Source of the DNA: Thermodesulfovibrionales bacterium
GTDB lineage: Bacteria > Nitrospirota > Thermodesulfovibrionia > Thermodesulfovibrionales > CALJEL01
DNA: 57,078 bases
Assembly (NCBI GenBank): GCA_026417875.1
Contig: JAOACK010000007.1
Span: 1 to 57,078 of the forward strand
Direction of reading: 5' to 3'
Shown: positions 9,789-19,745 of the stretch, in pieces
How the letters are laid out: each line of letters starts with the position of its first letter
Numbering within the stretch: the stretch's first letter is position 1
Program-made: the position numbers and the translations under genes
The notes under the pieces: generated by a model
Databases searched by the model: none
Seen by the model: only the letters and a program-made list of their open reading frames with translations
What the model was told of the DNA's origin: nothing

Positions 9789-10586
9789 TTACTGAGCTGA
9801 GGCGAGTTCCTCAGCCCTCTTTTTTGCTGCTAAGATCATCTCTGCTATAAGACCTTTAAAGTCCCTGCTGTTAAGAACATTTAGTCCTGCAAGGGTGGTT
9901 CCACCTGGTGACGTGACCATTTCCCTTAACTTCTTAGGGCTGAGACCGGTCTCAAGGAGTTTCGAGGTACCGGATATTGTCTGGAGGGTAAGCTCTGTGG
10001 CTACATCTTCAGGTAGACCTGCTTTTATGCCCCCTTCTATCATTGCTTCCACAAAATAGGCAATAAAGCCCGGACCGCTACCTGAGAGAGCGGTTACTGC
10101 ATCCATATATTTTTCAGGAAGACTTATTACCTTGCCCACAGACATTAAGATCTCTTTTACAATGTTCACCTCCGTGCCAGTAAAGCATTCACATAGAGAA
10201 TACACTGATATTCCCTCTCCGATCAGGGCAGGTGTGTTCGGCATTACTCTTATGATTCTATCGGTCCCTAGCCTTGATCTGATATAGGATATTCTGATGC
10301 CTGCGGCAACTGAGACTATAACCTTTTCAGTACTCATGAGGTCTTTTATCTCATCAAGGACAACATCCATATTCTGGGGTTTTACCGCAAGTATTATGAT
10401 CCTGGATAGTTCTGCAGTCTCTCTGTTTGATGCAGTGGTTTTTATGCTGTAGGTCTCGGAGAGGTATCTTCTTCTTTCCTGCCGTGGTTCAGAGACAATG
10501 ATATCATTTGGTTTTATTGAACTGCTTCTCAGGATGCCCCTTATGAGGGCCTCTGCCATATTTCCACCGCCTATGAATCCTATCAT
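9789..10586 (-). CDS. proC: pyrroline-5-carboxylate reductase
   Basis: IGFIGGGNMAEAL is the Rossmann N-terminus. VMPNTPALIGEG and SPGGTTLAGL are ProC motifs. Confidence 0.9.
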   Translation of the reverse strand: MIGFIGGGNMAEALIRGILRSSSIKPNDIIVSEPRQERRRYLSETYSIKTTASNRETAELSRIIILAVKPQNMDVVLDEIKDLMSTEKVIVSVAAGIRISYIRSRLGTDRIIRVMPNTPALIGEGISVYSLCECFTGTEVNIVKEILMSVGKVISLPEKYMDAVTALSGSGPGFIAYFVEAMIEGGIKAGLPEDVATELTLQTISGTSKLLETGLSPKKLREMVTSPGGTTLAGLNVLNSRDFKGLIAEMILAAKKRAEELASAQ

Positions 10587-10660
10587 GATTCATTGAACTT
10601 ATCACGGAAGTCTCATCTGTGTCAAGTTTAGTGATTCATCCATGTATGATAAAATATGCT

Positions 10661-11446
10661 ATGAACATAATTGTTTTTTTATTTTTAATAATTCTCCTAT
10701 CCTGTCCTTTTCTTGCTGAAGCCTCATCGAATATGGATAGTACATATAAATCAGGCATGATCGAAGGCCTAAGGTCTCCTGCGGATCGCTCACATACCGG
10801 TGTGAATTCAGGACATAAGACCTATAAAGTAAAAAGGGGTGATACCCTTTACAGCATTTCAAAAAAAACTGGTGTGCCACTAAGAGAATTAAAAAGACTT
10901 AACAGGATAAATAAGGACATAATAAAAGCGGGTCAGATATTAATTATTGAATATAAAGAAAGATCAGAAAGGGTTCAGATTGAGCCATCAGGACATCCAG
11001 ATGAAACCTCAGTAAAGGCGGAGTTATATCCTCCTGAAGACTTTTCTAATCATGATCAAGAAAAAACTGAAAGGAGGGAGGGTCTTATTCAATTCGCTCT
11101 TTCCTATCTTGATATACCATACAGAATTGGTGGAGCAACTCTGGCTGGAATGGATTGCTCCGGTCTTGTGTGGATTGTATTCAGGAATGCAGGAATAGAG
11201 ATACCGAGGACTGTGAGGGATTTATTCCTTTACGGTAAAAGTATCAAGAAGGAGGAAATGCTCCCTGGTGATCTTGTCTTTTTCTATATAAGAAGATCAT
11301 CAGAACCGGATCATGTTGGAATATATATTGGTGAAAATAAATTCATCCATGCATCAAGAATTGCAGGAAGGGTTATAATTGCTGAACTTGATAGTCCATA
11401 TTATATTAAAAGATTTGCAGGAATAAGGAGATACCTTGAACAGTAA
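10661..11446 (+). CDS. secreted LysM-domain NlpC/P60 cell-wall peptidase (possible lipoprotein)
   Basis: The LysM segment is YKVKRGDTLYSISKKTG...AGQILII. The NlpC/P60 catalytic motifs are GMDCSGLV and HVGIYIG...FIHAS. A signal peptide has an LLSC-like box. The start is ambiguous (10619, 10646 or 10661). Confidence 0.85.
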   Translation: MNIIVFLFLIILLSCPFLAEASSNMDSTYKSGMIEGLRSPADRSHTGVNSGHKTYKVKRGDTLYSISKKTGVPLRELKRLNRINKDIIKAGQILIIEYKERSERVQIEPSGHPDETSVKAELYPPEDFSNHDQEKTERREGLIQFALSYLDIPYRIGGATLAGMDCSGLVWIVFRNAGIEIPRTVRDLFLYGKSIKKEEMLPGDLVFFYIRRSSEPDHVGIYIGENKFIHASRIAGRVIIAELDSPYYIKRFAGIRRYLEQ

Positions 11447-11467
11447 AACATGATTCATAGATAAAAA

Positions 11468-12544
11468 ATGGATAAAAATACAGAAAGAAAACTTAGACAG
11501 CTTAATGCCCTTATAAGAATGACATCCTTGATTAACTCTACCCTTGATACCAGGGAGGTAAGAAGGAGGGCAATAGAGGCAGCTGCGGAGCTTGTTGATG
11601 CAGAGGCAGGAAGTCTTCTTCTTGTTGATATTGAGAGAGGAGAGCTTTTCTTTGAGGTTGCAACAGGTGAGAAGGCTGATGAGGTTAAGGAGGTAAGACT
11701 GAGGATGGGTGAGGGAATAGCCGGATGGGTCGCTGAAAGAGGAGAACCCCTGATTGTTCATGATGCCCAGAATGACCCGAGGTTTTTCAGAGGTGTTGAT
11801 GAGAAGAGTAAATTTAAAACAAGGGATCTTGTATGCGTACCTGTCAAGACAAAGGAAAGAACCATAGGGGTCCTTGAGGCAATAAATAAAAAGAATGGAA
11901 GATTTGATAAGGACGACATGGAGATACTGAAGGCTTTTGCCAATCAGGTGGCAGTAGCTATAGAAAATGCCAATCTCTATAAAGAATTAAAGGAAACCTT
12001 TTATGGCACCATAGAGGCACTTGCAGAGACCATTGAAAAGAGAGATCCCTATACAGGTGGACATACAAGGAGAGTTATGCAATACAGCCTTGCCACCGGA
12101 AGGGAATTGGGACTATCAGGTAGAGAGCTGGAAAACCTTAAACTTGCAGCCATTCTCCATGATATCGGTAAGATCGGAATCCGTGACAGCATACTTCTCA
12201 AAAAAACTAATCTTACAGAGGAAGAGGCAATGGTAATGAATCTTCACCCAAAATACGGTGCCGAAATCCTTGAACACATAAAGCAGCTCAAGGATGTAAT
12301 CCCTGGAATGAGAGGTCATCACGAAAAGTATGATGGCTCAGGTTATCCTGATGGTCTAAAGGGTGAAGATATACCGCTTTTTGCAAGGATTATTGCTGTT
12401 GCTGATGCCTATGATGCCATGACAACTGACAGACCTTACAGAAAGGCCCTATCAAGAGAACAGGCCTTTGAGGAATTAAAAAAATCCAGTGGAAGGCAAT
12501 TTGATCCCGTAGTTGTTAATGCCTTCATAAAAGCTCTTAGTTGA
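11468..12544 (+). CDS. GAF-domain HD-GYP phosphodiesterase
   Basis: The N-terminus is GAF (GEGIAGWVAERGEPLIV). HDIGKIG, HHEKYDGSGYPDGLKGEDIP and ADAYDAMTTDRPYR are HD-GYP motifs. Confidence 0.9.
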   Translation: MDKNTERKLRQLNALIRMTSLINSTLDTREVRRRAIEAAAELVDAEAGSLLLVDIERGELFFEVATGEKADEVKEVRLRMGEGIAGWVAERGEPLIVHDAQNDPRFFRGVDEKSKFKTRDLVCVPVKTKERTIGVLEAINKKNGRFDKDDMEILKAFANQVAVAIENANLYKELKETFYGTIEALAETIEKRDPYTGGHTRRVMQYSLATGRELGLSGRELENLKLAAILHDIGKIGIRDSILLKKTNLTEEEAMVMNLHPKYGAEILEHIKQLKDVIPGMRGHHEKYDGSGYPDGLKGEDIPLFARIIAVADAYDAMTTDRPYRKALSREQAFEELKKSSGRQFDPVVVNAFIKALS

Positions 12545-12628
12545 CTACTTATAAGTCCTTCTGATAGACTTTTGCATGTAATTAAGCAAGAGCAATCTTT
12601 TCATAATAATCTTCACGGAGGTTGATCT

Positions 12629-13600
12629 GTGTTTCCTGTTCACAGACCAAGAAGATTGAGAACAAATGAGACGATAAGAAGGATGGTAAGGGAAAACCAT
12701 CTCAGGCTTGATGACCTTATCTATCCTCTTTTTGTGATTGCTGGGAGAAACATAAAAAATGAGATTTCCTCAATGCCCGGCTGTTATCAGGAATCTGTTG
12801 ACCTTATTGGAAGGCATGCAAAGGAGATTCATGGCCTGGGCATTCCTGCTGTAATACTTTTCGGTATCCCTGAAGAGAAGGATGAGTATGGGAGCCATGC
12901 ATACAGAGAAGATGGAGTTGTTCAGCAGGCAATAAAGGCAATAAAGGATAAGGTTCCAGAGCTTTATGTTATCACAGATGTCTGTCTCTGTGAATACACA
13001 AGCCACGGACACTGCGGAATAGTGAGAGGTAATGAGATAATCAATGACCAGACACTTGAACTTCTTCAGCTTGAGGCCCTTTCCCATGCCCGTGCAGGTG
13101 CTGATATGGTTGCACCATCCGACATGATGGATGGAAGGGTTAAGGCAATCAGGGAGGCTCTTGATAGAGAGGGATTCGGTCATATCCCCATTATGAGCTA
13201 TGCAGCAAAATATGCCTCTGCTTTTTACGGTCCTTTCAGGGAGGCAGCCCAGTCTGCACCCAGGTTTGGAGACAGGCGTTCCTACCAGATGGATCCTCCA
13301 AACAGGCGTGAAGCACTCAGGGAGGTGAGGCTCGATATAGAGGAAGGAGCCGATATAGTAATGGTGAAACCGGCTTTATCCTATCTTGACATTATATCTG
13401 ATATAAGAAATAATTTTGATCTCCCTGTAGCTGCATACAATGTAAGCGGTGAATACAGCCTTGTAAAGTCAGCCTCACTAAAGGGATGGATTGATGAAAA
13501 GAGGATTGTCCTTGAGATCCTCACATCTATAAAGAGGGCAGGTGCTGACCTCATATTAACCTATCATGCAAAGGATGTGGCAAGATGGCTCCAGGAGTAA
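12629..13600 (+). CDS. hemB: porphobilinogen synthase (delta-aminolevulinate dehydratase)
   Basis: RPRRLR N-terminus, [14 protein letters not shown] Zn site, APSDMMDGR and MVKPA active-site lysine region. The start is GTG, preceded by GGAGG. Confidence 0.92.
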   Translation: MFPVHRPRRLRTNETIRRMVRENHLRLDDLIYPLFVIAGRNIKNEISSMPGCYQESVDLIGRHAKEIHGLGIPAVILFGIPEEKDEYGSHAYREDGVVQQAIKAIKDKVPELYVITDVCLCEYTSHGHCGIVRGNEIINDQTLELLQLEALSHARAGADMVAPSDMMDGRVKAIREALDREGFGHIPIMSYAAKYASAFYGPFREAAQSAPRFGDRRSYQMDPPNRREALREVRLDIEEGADIVMVKPALSYLDIISDIRNNFDLPVAAYNVSGEYSLVKSASLKGWIDEKRIVLEILTSIKRAGADLILTYHAKDVARWLQE

Positions 13601-13902
13601 AAAGAGAGATTCTGAGCTCTTGTACGCTTGAAGAATTCCTTTCTGAAAAATTGAAAAAATATATCAAAGAGATGACCCGTCTTGAACGGTCAAATCTCTA
13701 CGACACTGTTATGAGTGAGGTGGAGAAGGCACTGATAAAGATAGTTATTGATTCCACAGAGGGTAACCAGCTCCGGGCAGCTAAAACACTGGGTATAAGC
13801 AGAAATACTCTCAGAGAAAAACTCAGACAGTACAAACTGGCTGATCTCAATTCAAAAGAACAAAAAGGTAAAACTGTAAAGAGGGTAAGGACACAACGTT
13901 AG
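13585..13902 (+). CDS. Fis-family helix-turn-helix DNA-binding protein
   Basis: The C-terminal [23 protein letters not shown] is the Fis-type HTH. Confidence 0.75.
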   Translation: MAPGVKREILSSCTLEEFLSEKLKKYIKEMTRLERSNLYDTVMSEVEKALIKIVIDSTEGNQLRAAKTLGISRNTLREKLRQYKLADLNSKEQKGKTVKRVRTQR

Positions 13903-13903
13903 G

Positions 13904-14365
13904 ATGGCAAGAATAGTATCCATAAATATAAGTGAGAAAAAGGGTACTAAAAAAAGGCCCGTACCTGAGGCAAGGGTGGATGCGAATTTCGGACTCCTTG
14001 GAGATGCACATGCCAGCCCTTTATGGCACAGGCAGATTAGCCTTCTGGGAATTGAAAGCATTGAGAAGATGCGTAAAAAAGGTCTTGATGTTAAGCCCGG
14101 TGATTTTGCAGAAAACATAACCACGGAAGGAATAGACCTTCTCAGTCTTCCGCTTGGAACTAAACTCAGCATCGGTCAGGTGATTGCTGAGGTAAGTCAG
14201 ATTGGAAAGGAATGTCACACAAGGTGTGCCATATTCAGACAGGCAGGAGACTGTGTCATGCCAGCGGAAGGTATCTTCGTTAAAGTTCTCAGGGGTGGTA
14301 TTATAAGGATAGGCGACAGGATAGAGGTTCAAAATGATAAGGATAGGAATACTCACAATGAGTGA
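13904..14365 (+). CDS. MOSC domain protein
   Basis: A MOSC-like beta-barrel sequence (GENITTEGIDL...G..L.IG) with a conserved Cys region (KECHTRCAIF). It sits next to a Moco gene. Confidence 0.7.
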   Translation: MARIVSINISEKKGTKKRPVPEARVDANFGLLGDAHASPLWHRQISLLGIESIEKMRKKGLDVKPGDFAENITTEGIDLLSLPLGTKLSIGQVIAEVSQIGKECHTRCAIFRQAGDCVMPAEGIFVKVLRGGIIRIGDRIEVQNDKDRNTHNE

Positions 14366-14825
14366 CAGGGCTTCAAAGGGTGAAAGGATAGACGAGAGCG
14401 GTCAGGTTATAAGGGATATGGTAAAGGATATGGGAGAGGTTTTATTATACGAAATAATCCCTGATGAAAAGGAGATTATAAAGAAAAAACTAATGGAATT
14501 TTCAGAAAGGGTTGATCTGGTATTGACTACAGGCGGTACAGGCCTTTCACCAAGGGATGTTACACCCGAGGCAACAATTGAGGTAATAGAACGTGAGATA
14601 CCTGGTATTTCAGAGGCCATGAGGTATGAGGGTCTTAAAAAGACTCCAATGGCAATGCTCTCAAGAGCAGTGGCGGGTGTGAGAGGTAACTGTTTAATAA
14701 TAAATCTACCCGGAAATCCAAGGGCTGTAAAAGAAAATCTTGAAGTCATTCTTTCGGTAATTCCTCACGCCATAGAAAAGATAAAGGGCGATACATCTGA
14801 GTGTGCCTCACTTACCAAGGGGTAA
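14334..14825 (+). CDS. mogA: MogA/MoaB-family molybdopterin adenylyltransferase
   Basis: IGILTMSDRAS, LVLTTGGTGLSPRDVTPEAT and INLPGNPRAV are motifs of the MoCF_biosynth domain. Confidence 0.85.
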   Translation: MIRIGILTMSDRASKGERIDESGQVIRDMVKDMGEVLLYEIIPDEKEIIKKKLMEFSERVDLVLTTGGTGLSPRDVTPEATIEVIEREIPGISEAMRYEGLKKTPMAMLSRAVAGVRGNCLIINLPGNPRAVKENLEVILSVIPHAIEKIKGDTSECASLTKG

Positions 14826-14831
14826 ACGGTT

Positions 14832-15554
14832 ATGAAAGATGTTTCCCTTCCTCTTGCCTTTCTTGCAGGAGTGGTGTCCTTTTTGAGTCCCTGTGTGTTG
14901 CCACTGATACCCTCTTATATATCCTATATAACAGGTCTATCTTTCAAAGATCTTACAGAGTCTCCAGAAAGGGCGAGGATAAGAAAGGTGACACTTGTTA
15001 ACTCCCTGGCTTTCGTAGCTGGCTTTACTGTTGTATTTGTCCTTCTTGGAGCCTCTTCAACAACGATTGGAAGATTATTCTTTCAGTACAGGGATGTGCT
15101 GAGTGTTGCGGGCGGGATACTCATAATAATATTTGGTCTCTTTGTAGCAGGTATTTTAAATCTCAATTTTCTTATGCGCGAAAGAAGGTTTGAACTTAAG
15201 GATAGACCAGCAGGACTGTTCGGTTCATTCTTTATAGGCATGACCTTTGGTGCCGGGTGGACACCGTGCATTGGACCTGTCCTTGGAAGTATCCTTATTT
15301 ATGCCTCAACAAAGGATTCTGTACTTTATGGAATGGGACTACTCGGGGTATATTCAATAGGTCTAGGACTTCCCTTTGTAATTTCAGCCCTTGCAATAAA
15401 TATCTTTCTAAGTTATATAAAGAAGATCCAAAGATATATGCGCTATGTAATGCTCTTGAGTGGATTGATACTTATAGCATTTGGAATAATGCTTATTACC
15501 GGTTCTCTTGGTTTAATTTCACAGTATATGCCTGATATAGGGATAAAACTCTAA
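14832..15554 (+). CDS. ccdA: cytochrome c biogenesis thiol-disulfide transporter CcdA (DsbD-family membrane core)
   Basis: The LSPCVLPLIP and GWTPCIGPVLG motifs are present, with 6 TM helices. Confidence 0.88.
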   Translation: MKDVSLPLAFLAGVVSFLSPCVLPLIPSYISYITGLSFKDLTESPERARIRKVTLVNSLAFVAGFTVVFVLLGASSTTIGRLFFQYRDVLSVAGGILIIIFGLFVAGILNLNFLMRERRFELKDRPAGLFGSFFIGMTFGAGWTPCIGPVLGSILIYASTKDSVLYGMGLLGVYSIGLGLPFVISALAINIFLSYIKKIQRYMRYVMLLSGLILIAFGIMLITGSLGLISQYMPDIGIKL

Positions 15555-15555
15555 G

Positions 15556-16140
15556 ATGGCATTTCTCAAAACCTTTATTCCCGTATTTGTTGCAATAGAC
15601 ATCTTTGCTGTGCTCGGCGTATTTTTGAGTCTTACTGAAGGGATGTCAAAGGCGCAGAGAAATTCGGTAATAAGAAAATCAGTAATTACAGCTTTCTTCA
15701 CTGGTATCACTTTTCTCTTCATTGGCAGGGCTATTTTTTCACTCCTTGGAATCACTGTAGATGATTTCAAGATTGCAGGTGGAATTCTTCTCCTCGTGAT
15801 TGCTGTATCAGAAATAGTAAGACATAAGGAAAGAAGGCAACACTCTCCAGCTGCAGGGGTTGTTCCAATAGGTGTACCATTGATAGTTGGTCCAGCAGTT
15901 CTGACAACCCTTCTTATGCTTGTTGAACAATTTGGAATTTTTATGACAGTTTTATCTTTCGTAGTTAATCTCTTTATTGTGTGGCTATGTTTTACCTGGG
16001 CTGGCAGTATTGTGAGGTTTCTCGGCAAGGAGGGAATCCTTGCCTTTTCCAAGGTCATGGCACTCCTTCTTGGAGCAATAGCAGTTATGATGATAAGGAT
16101 GGGAATCTTCAATCTACTGTCTCAAGCTTATCTTTTTTAA
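15556..16140 (+). CDS. MarC-family (UPF0056) integral membrane protein
   Basis: A 194-aa protein with 6 TM helices. FIPVFVAIDIF and PIGVPLIVGPA are MarC-like motifs. Confidence 0.7.
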   Translation: MAFLKTFIPVFVAIDIFAVLGVFLSLTEGMSKAQRNSVIRKSVITAFFTGITFLFIGRAIFSLLGITVDDFKIAGGILLLVIAVSEIVRHKERRQHSPAAGVVPIGVPLIVGPAVLTTLLMLVEQFGIFMTVLSFVVNLFIVWLCFTWAGSIVRFLGKEGILAFSKVMALLLGAIAVMMIRMGIFNLLSQAYLF

Positions 16141-16162
16141 CCTTTATTATGAGCCTTTTTAT

Positions 16163-16192
16163 TTGACTCACCCTCTTTTTGCCTGATATACT
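16163..16192 (+). promoter_or_regulatory. candidate sigma70-type promoter for the chemosensory operon
   Basis: TTGACT (16163-16168), an 18-nt spacer, then TATACT (16187-16192), about 55 nt upstream of the DUF4388 start. Sequence match only. Confidence 0.35.
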
Positions 16193-16247
16193 TTAACTGT
16201 TACTGCAATCTGAAAAGGTATGGAACCCAAGAGGAGCTTATAAAATA

Positions 16248-17363
16248 ATGAGTCTTGTAGGAAGGCTTGAAGATCTTGCCCTTTCTGATATATTCCAGAT
16301 TCTGAGCATCGGTAAAAAAACAGGTACCCTTCTTATAAGAGGCAGAAATAAAAATGCCTTTGTTGTATTCAAAAATGGCCTTGTAGTACGAGCAGAATCC
16401 GATACCCTGGGTACAAATCTCGGCGAAGACCTAATGAAAGATGGTTTTGTGAGTCACTCAATCCTGAACCTCGCCCTTGAGACAAAGAGATTATTACCTG
16501 AAAAATCAATTGCAGATATTCTCTTTGACCTCGGTGCAGTAACCAGGGAGGTCCTTGACAGGGCTTCAAAAAAGAGGATAGAGAGAGTTGTCTTTGACCT
16601 TATGCAGTGGCAGGATGGAGACTTTGAGTTTGAACTTGATATCCTCAATCTTGATGCTGTTTCATCTTATATGGATACAGGATGGGAGGTCTCAAAAGGA
16701 TTGAGCCCGGAGTATCTCCTTATGGAAGGTGCAAGGGTTTATGATGAGACACAGCACCAGGAGTTTATAAAAACGGAGGAGATATTCCCAACACAGGAAT
16801 CAAAAGAAGATGAAGAGGAATGGTTTGGAAGGCCTCCTGAAGAAAGAAAGGATATTTCACAGCTGAGAGCTCTGAGTGTTGAATTGAGATTTCCAAGTTC
16901 TGCCTCTGAGATAACGCTTCTCATACTTAGATTTGCCAGTGATATATTCCAGAGAGGGGTTCTATTTATGGTGGATGATGAGGAGATACTAGGGCTCGGG
17001 CAGTTCGGTCTTGAGATTGAGGCAGCTGATGAGAAGATAAGGAAGGTAAGACTCAACTTTAAGGAGTCAGACTTTTTAAGAGGTATAATCAATCAGGCGG
17101 CTGTTTATAAGGGTCAGCTCCGTAGAGATAGTGTTACAGAGAGATTTATAAGTCTGATTGGTGGTGGTTGGCCAAAGGAGGTTGCCTTTTTCCCAATTAT
17201 AGCTGAACAGAGAGTTGTTGCCATGCTTTACTGTGACAATGCACCTGGGAATGAACCCTTTGCCCATACAGAAGGTCTTGAGATCTTTATAAACCAGGCA
17301 GGTCTTGCCCTTGAAAAGGCGCTTCTTGAGAGACGACTCCGGCAGATTCAGGATAAGGATTGA
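16248..17363 (+). CDS. DUF4388 (PATAN-like) domain protein with a GAF-like C-terminal half
   Basis: The N-terminus GRLEDLALSDIFQILSIGKKTGTLLIR matches the DUF4388 signature. The linker is acidic. The C-terminal ~170 aa looks GAF-like. Confidence 0.7.
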   Translation: MSLVGRLEDLALSDIFQILSIGKKTGTLLIRGRNKNAFVVFKNGLVVRAESDTLGTNLGEDLMKDGFVSHSILNLALETKRLLPEKSIADILFDLGAVTREVLDRASKKRIERVVFDLMQWQDGDFEFELDILNLDAVSSYMDTGWEVSKGLSPEYLLMEGARVYDETQHQEFIKTEEIFPTQESKEDEEEWFGRPPEERKDISQLRALSVELRFPSSASEITLLILRFASDIFQRGVLFMVDDEEILGLGQFGLEIEAADEKIRKVRLNFKESDFLRGIINQAAVYKGQLRRDSVTERFISLIGGGWPKEVAFFPIIAEQRVVAMLYCDNAPGNEPFAHTEGLEIFINQAGLALEKALLERRLRQIQDKD

Positions 17364-17395
17364 TTCAACTTCCTTTATCTGATAGAATTAACCAT

Positions 17396-17764
17396 ATGGA
17401 AAATATACTAATAGTTGAGGACTCAGAGACCACAAGATCTCTTATAAGGGCTGTTATTGAAGAAATAAAGGATTTCAATATTATTGAGGCAGGCTCTGGT
17501 TTTGAGGCACTCAAACTCCTTCCTCAGGAGAAATTCCACTTAATAATCACCGATATAAATATGCCTGACATTAACGGTCTTGAACTTATCAGATTTGTCA
17601 AGACAAACCCTTTATATAAGGATATACCACTGATAATAGTCACCACAGAAAGAGGAGAGGAAGACAGAAAGAAGGGAATGATCCTTGGTGCCTCTGCCTA
17701 TATTACAAAACCTTTTAAAGCAGAGGATCTTAAGGAGGCTATAAAACAGGTACTCGGTTTATGA
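17396..17764 (+). CDS. cheY: chemotaxis response regulator CheY
   Basis: ILIVEDSETTR, LIITDINMPDINGLE and TTERGEED...AYITKPF. The stop overlaps the cheA start (ATGA). The ORF is open from 17360. Confidence 0.88.
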   Translation: MENILIVEDSETTRSLIRAVIEEIKDFNIIEAGSGFEALKLLPQEKFHLIITDINMPDINGLELIRFVKTNPLYKDIPLIIVTTERGEEDRKKGMILGASAYITKPFKAEDLKEAIKQVLGL

Positions 17765-19743
17765 AAGCATCAAGAAGGGAATTCATATTAGAGGCAGAGG
17801 AACTGATAGAAGAGGCTGAAAGACTTGCCATAGAGATACAGGAAGGTCTCAATAAAGGTCTCAATCCCGATACGGTCAATGCCCTTTTCAGACAGATACA
17901 CACCCTGAAGGGCCTATCAGGATTATTCCAGCTTAAATCGATATCAGATATGAGCCATGTCTTTGAATATCTTCTTGATGACCTGAGACTGGGAAGGATT
18001 GAACTTTCTGAAGAGCTAGTAGAGTTCATCCTCAGGAATATCGACATACTCAAATCACTCGTATCAAGGGTAGAAGAAGAAAACCTGCCCGATGTCTCCC
18101 GGTATGTAAGAGATATAGAGACTTTTAGAGCAGTCCATGTAACAAAACAGGAAGAGGTAAAACTTGAAGGCCTTATAGACAGTTCTATCCTGAGTGTCCT
18201 TTCTCAGTATGAGGAAAGCAGACTGAAGGTTAATATAAAGGAAGGCAAAGGTATTTATTACACGGATGTTGCCTTTCCACTGGCAAGCTTTGATAGAGAA
18301 CTTAAACAGATTTCAGAAAAGATAAAGTCTTCAGGTGAACTAATAGCCACCATGCCGACCCAGACAGATCTTCCTCCTGATTCCATCGGATTCAGACTTC
18401 TTTTTGCTTCACCCCTTTCAAAGGAAGAACTTCTTAAGTATGGCATAGAGCCTCGGACGATACTGAATCCTGAAAAAAAGACCCCGGAGCTAAAACGAAA
18501 ATCGGAAACAGGCCAGCCCTCGGACATGCGACCTGCCTCTGATGTTGCATCAAGCACTGTTAAGGTTGATATAAATAAACTCGACCTGATACTTAATACC
18601 ATTGGAGAGATCAGCCTCCCCAGGGGTGCTATTAAAAGGGTTGCCGATGAATTGAAGGAGGCCTCCGGAATATCGTCTCTCGTTTTTGACCTTCATAAGA
18701 TATCATCAAGCCTTGAAAAGAGGATCCATGAACTTCAGGATGAGGTCCTTGCAATAAGGATGGTTCCACTCAGCCAGCTTTTTAGTAAGGTCAATCAGCT
18801 CTTAAGGAGATATTCAAGAGAGGTGAATAAACCCGTCAGTGTTGAGATCTATGGAGAAGATACAGAGATAGACAAATCCATTTCCGACAATATCCTGGAA
18901 CCCCTCATGCATCTTGTCAGAAATGCCATAGACCATGGAATAGAATCTTCTGATGAGAGAAAGGTAAAGGCAAAGTCAGAAACAGGTAAGATTACTTTCA
19001 GGGCCTATCAGAAAGGAAATCATGTAGTTATTGAGGTTTCTGATGATGGAAGAGGTATTGACCTTGAAAAGGTAAGGAAAAGGGCAATAGAAAGGGGTAT
19101 TCTTTCAAGAGATAAGGAGGTGTCAAAAGAAGAACTCGTAGAACTCATATTCACACCCGGTTTCAGCACAAAGGAGACAGTAACAGAGATATCTGGCAGA
19201 GGGGTTGGAATGGATGTTGTGCGGCAAAAGATAGCATCTATAGGTGGTTTTGTTGAGGTTGATACATTCCCTGACAGGGGTACCACCTTCAGACTTACGA
19301 TTCCAATTACCCTTGCTATAATCAAATCAATTATCGTAAGGGTTGGCAGGGAAAAATTTGCCTTTCCCCTTACATCTGTATCAGAGACCCTTCAGATCCG
19401 GGAGTCTGACATCCAGAGCATAGAAAGGATGGAGGCCTATAACCTCAGAGGGACGGTACTGCCACTTATAAGAATCTCACAGGCCCTGGGCATTGACCAT
19501 GAGGTATCTGAATTTCATTATGTTGTGGTTGCTGGGACAGGAGAAAAAAAGGTCGGGCTCATAGTAGATGAACTAATAGGTCAGCAGGAGATAGTTATAA
19601 AGCCTCTAGGAAAGTATCTTGAAAATCTCAAATGGTATGCAGGTGCTGCAGAGGTGGGAAGACATGAGCTGATACTTGTGCTTGATGTGGATGCCTTTTT
19701 ACAGGAAAGTGCACTTATGAAATTCACGTCAAAAGGAGCCTGA
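17761..19743 (+). CDS. cheA: chemotaxis histidine kinase CheA
   Basis: The Hpt site is HTLKGLSG, the N-box HLVRNAIDHGIE, and the G-boxes DDGRGID and GRGVGMDVV. There is a C-terminal CheW-like domain. Confidence 0.95.
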   Translation: MKASRREFILEAEELIEEAERLAIEIQEGLNKGLNPDTVNALFRQIHTLKGLSGLFQLKSISDMSHVFEYLLDDLRLGRIELSEELVEFILRNIDILKSLVSRVEEENLPDVSRYVRDIETFRAVHVTKQEEVKLEGLIDSSILSVLSQYEESRLKVNIKEGKGIYYTDVAFPLASFDRELKQISEKIKSSGELIATMPTQTDLPPDSIGFRLLFASPLSKEELLKYGIEPRTILNPEKKTPELKRKSETGQPSDMRPASDVASSTVKVDINKLDLILNTIGEISLPRGAIKRVADELKEASGISSLVFDLHKISSSLEKRIHELQDEVLAIRMVPLSQLFSKVNQLLRRYSREVNKPVSVEIYGEDTEIDKSISDNILEPLMHLVRNAIDHGIESSDERKVKAKSETGKITFRAYQKGNHVVIEVSDDGRGIDLEKVRKRAIERGILSRDKEVSKEELVELIFTPGFSTKETVTEISGRGVGMDVVRQKIASIGGFVEVDTFPDRGTTFRLTIPITLAIIKSIIVRVGREKFAFPLTSVSETLQIRESDIQSIERMEAYNLRGTVLPLIRISQALGIDHEVSEFHYVVVAGTGEKKVGLIVDELIGQQEIVIKPLGKYLENLKWYAGAAEVGRHELILVLDVDAFLQESALMKFTSKGA

Positions 19744-19745
19744 GC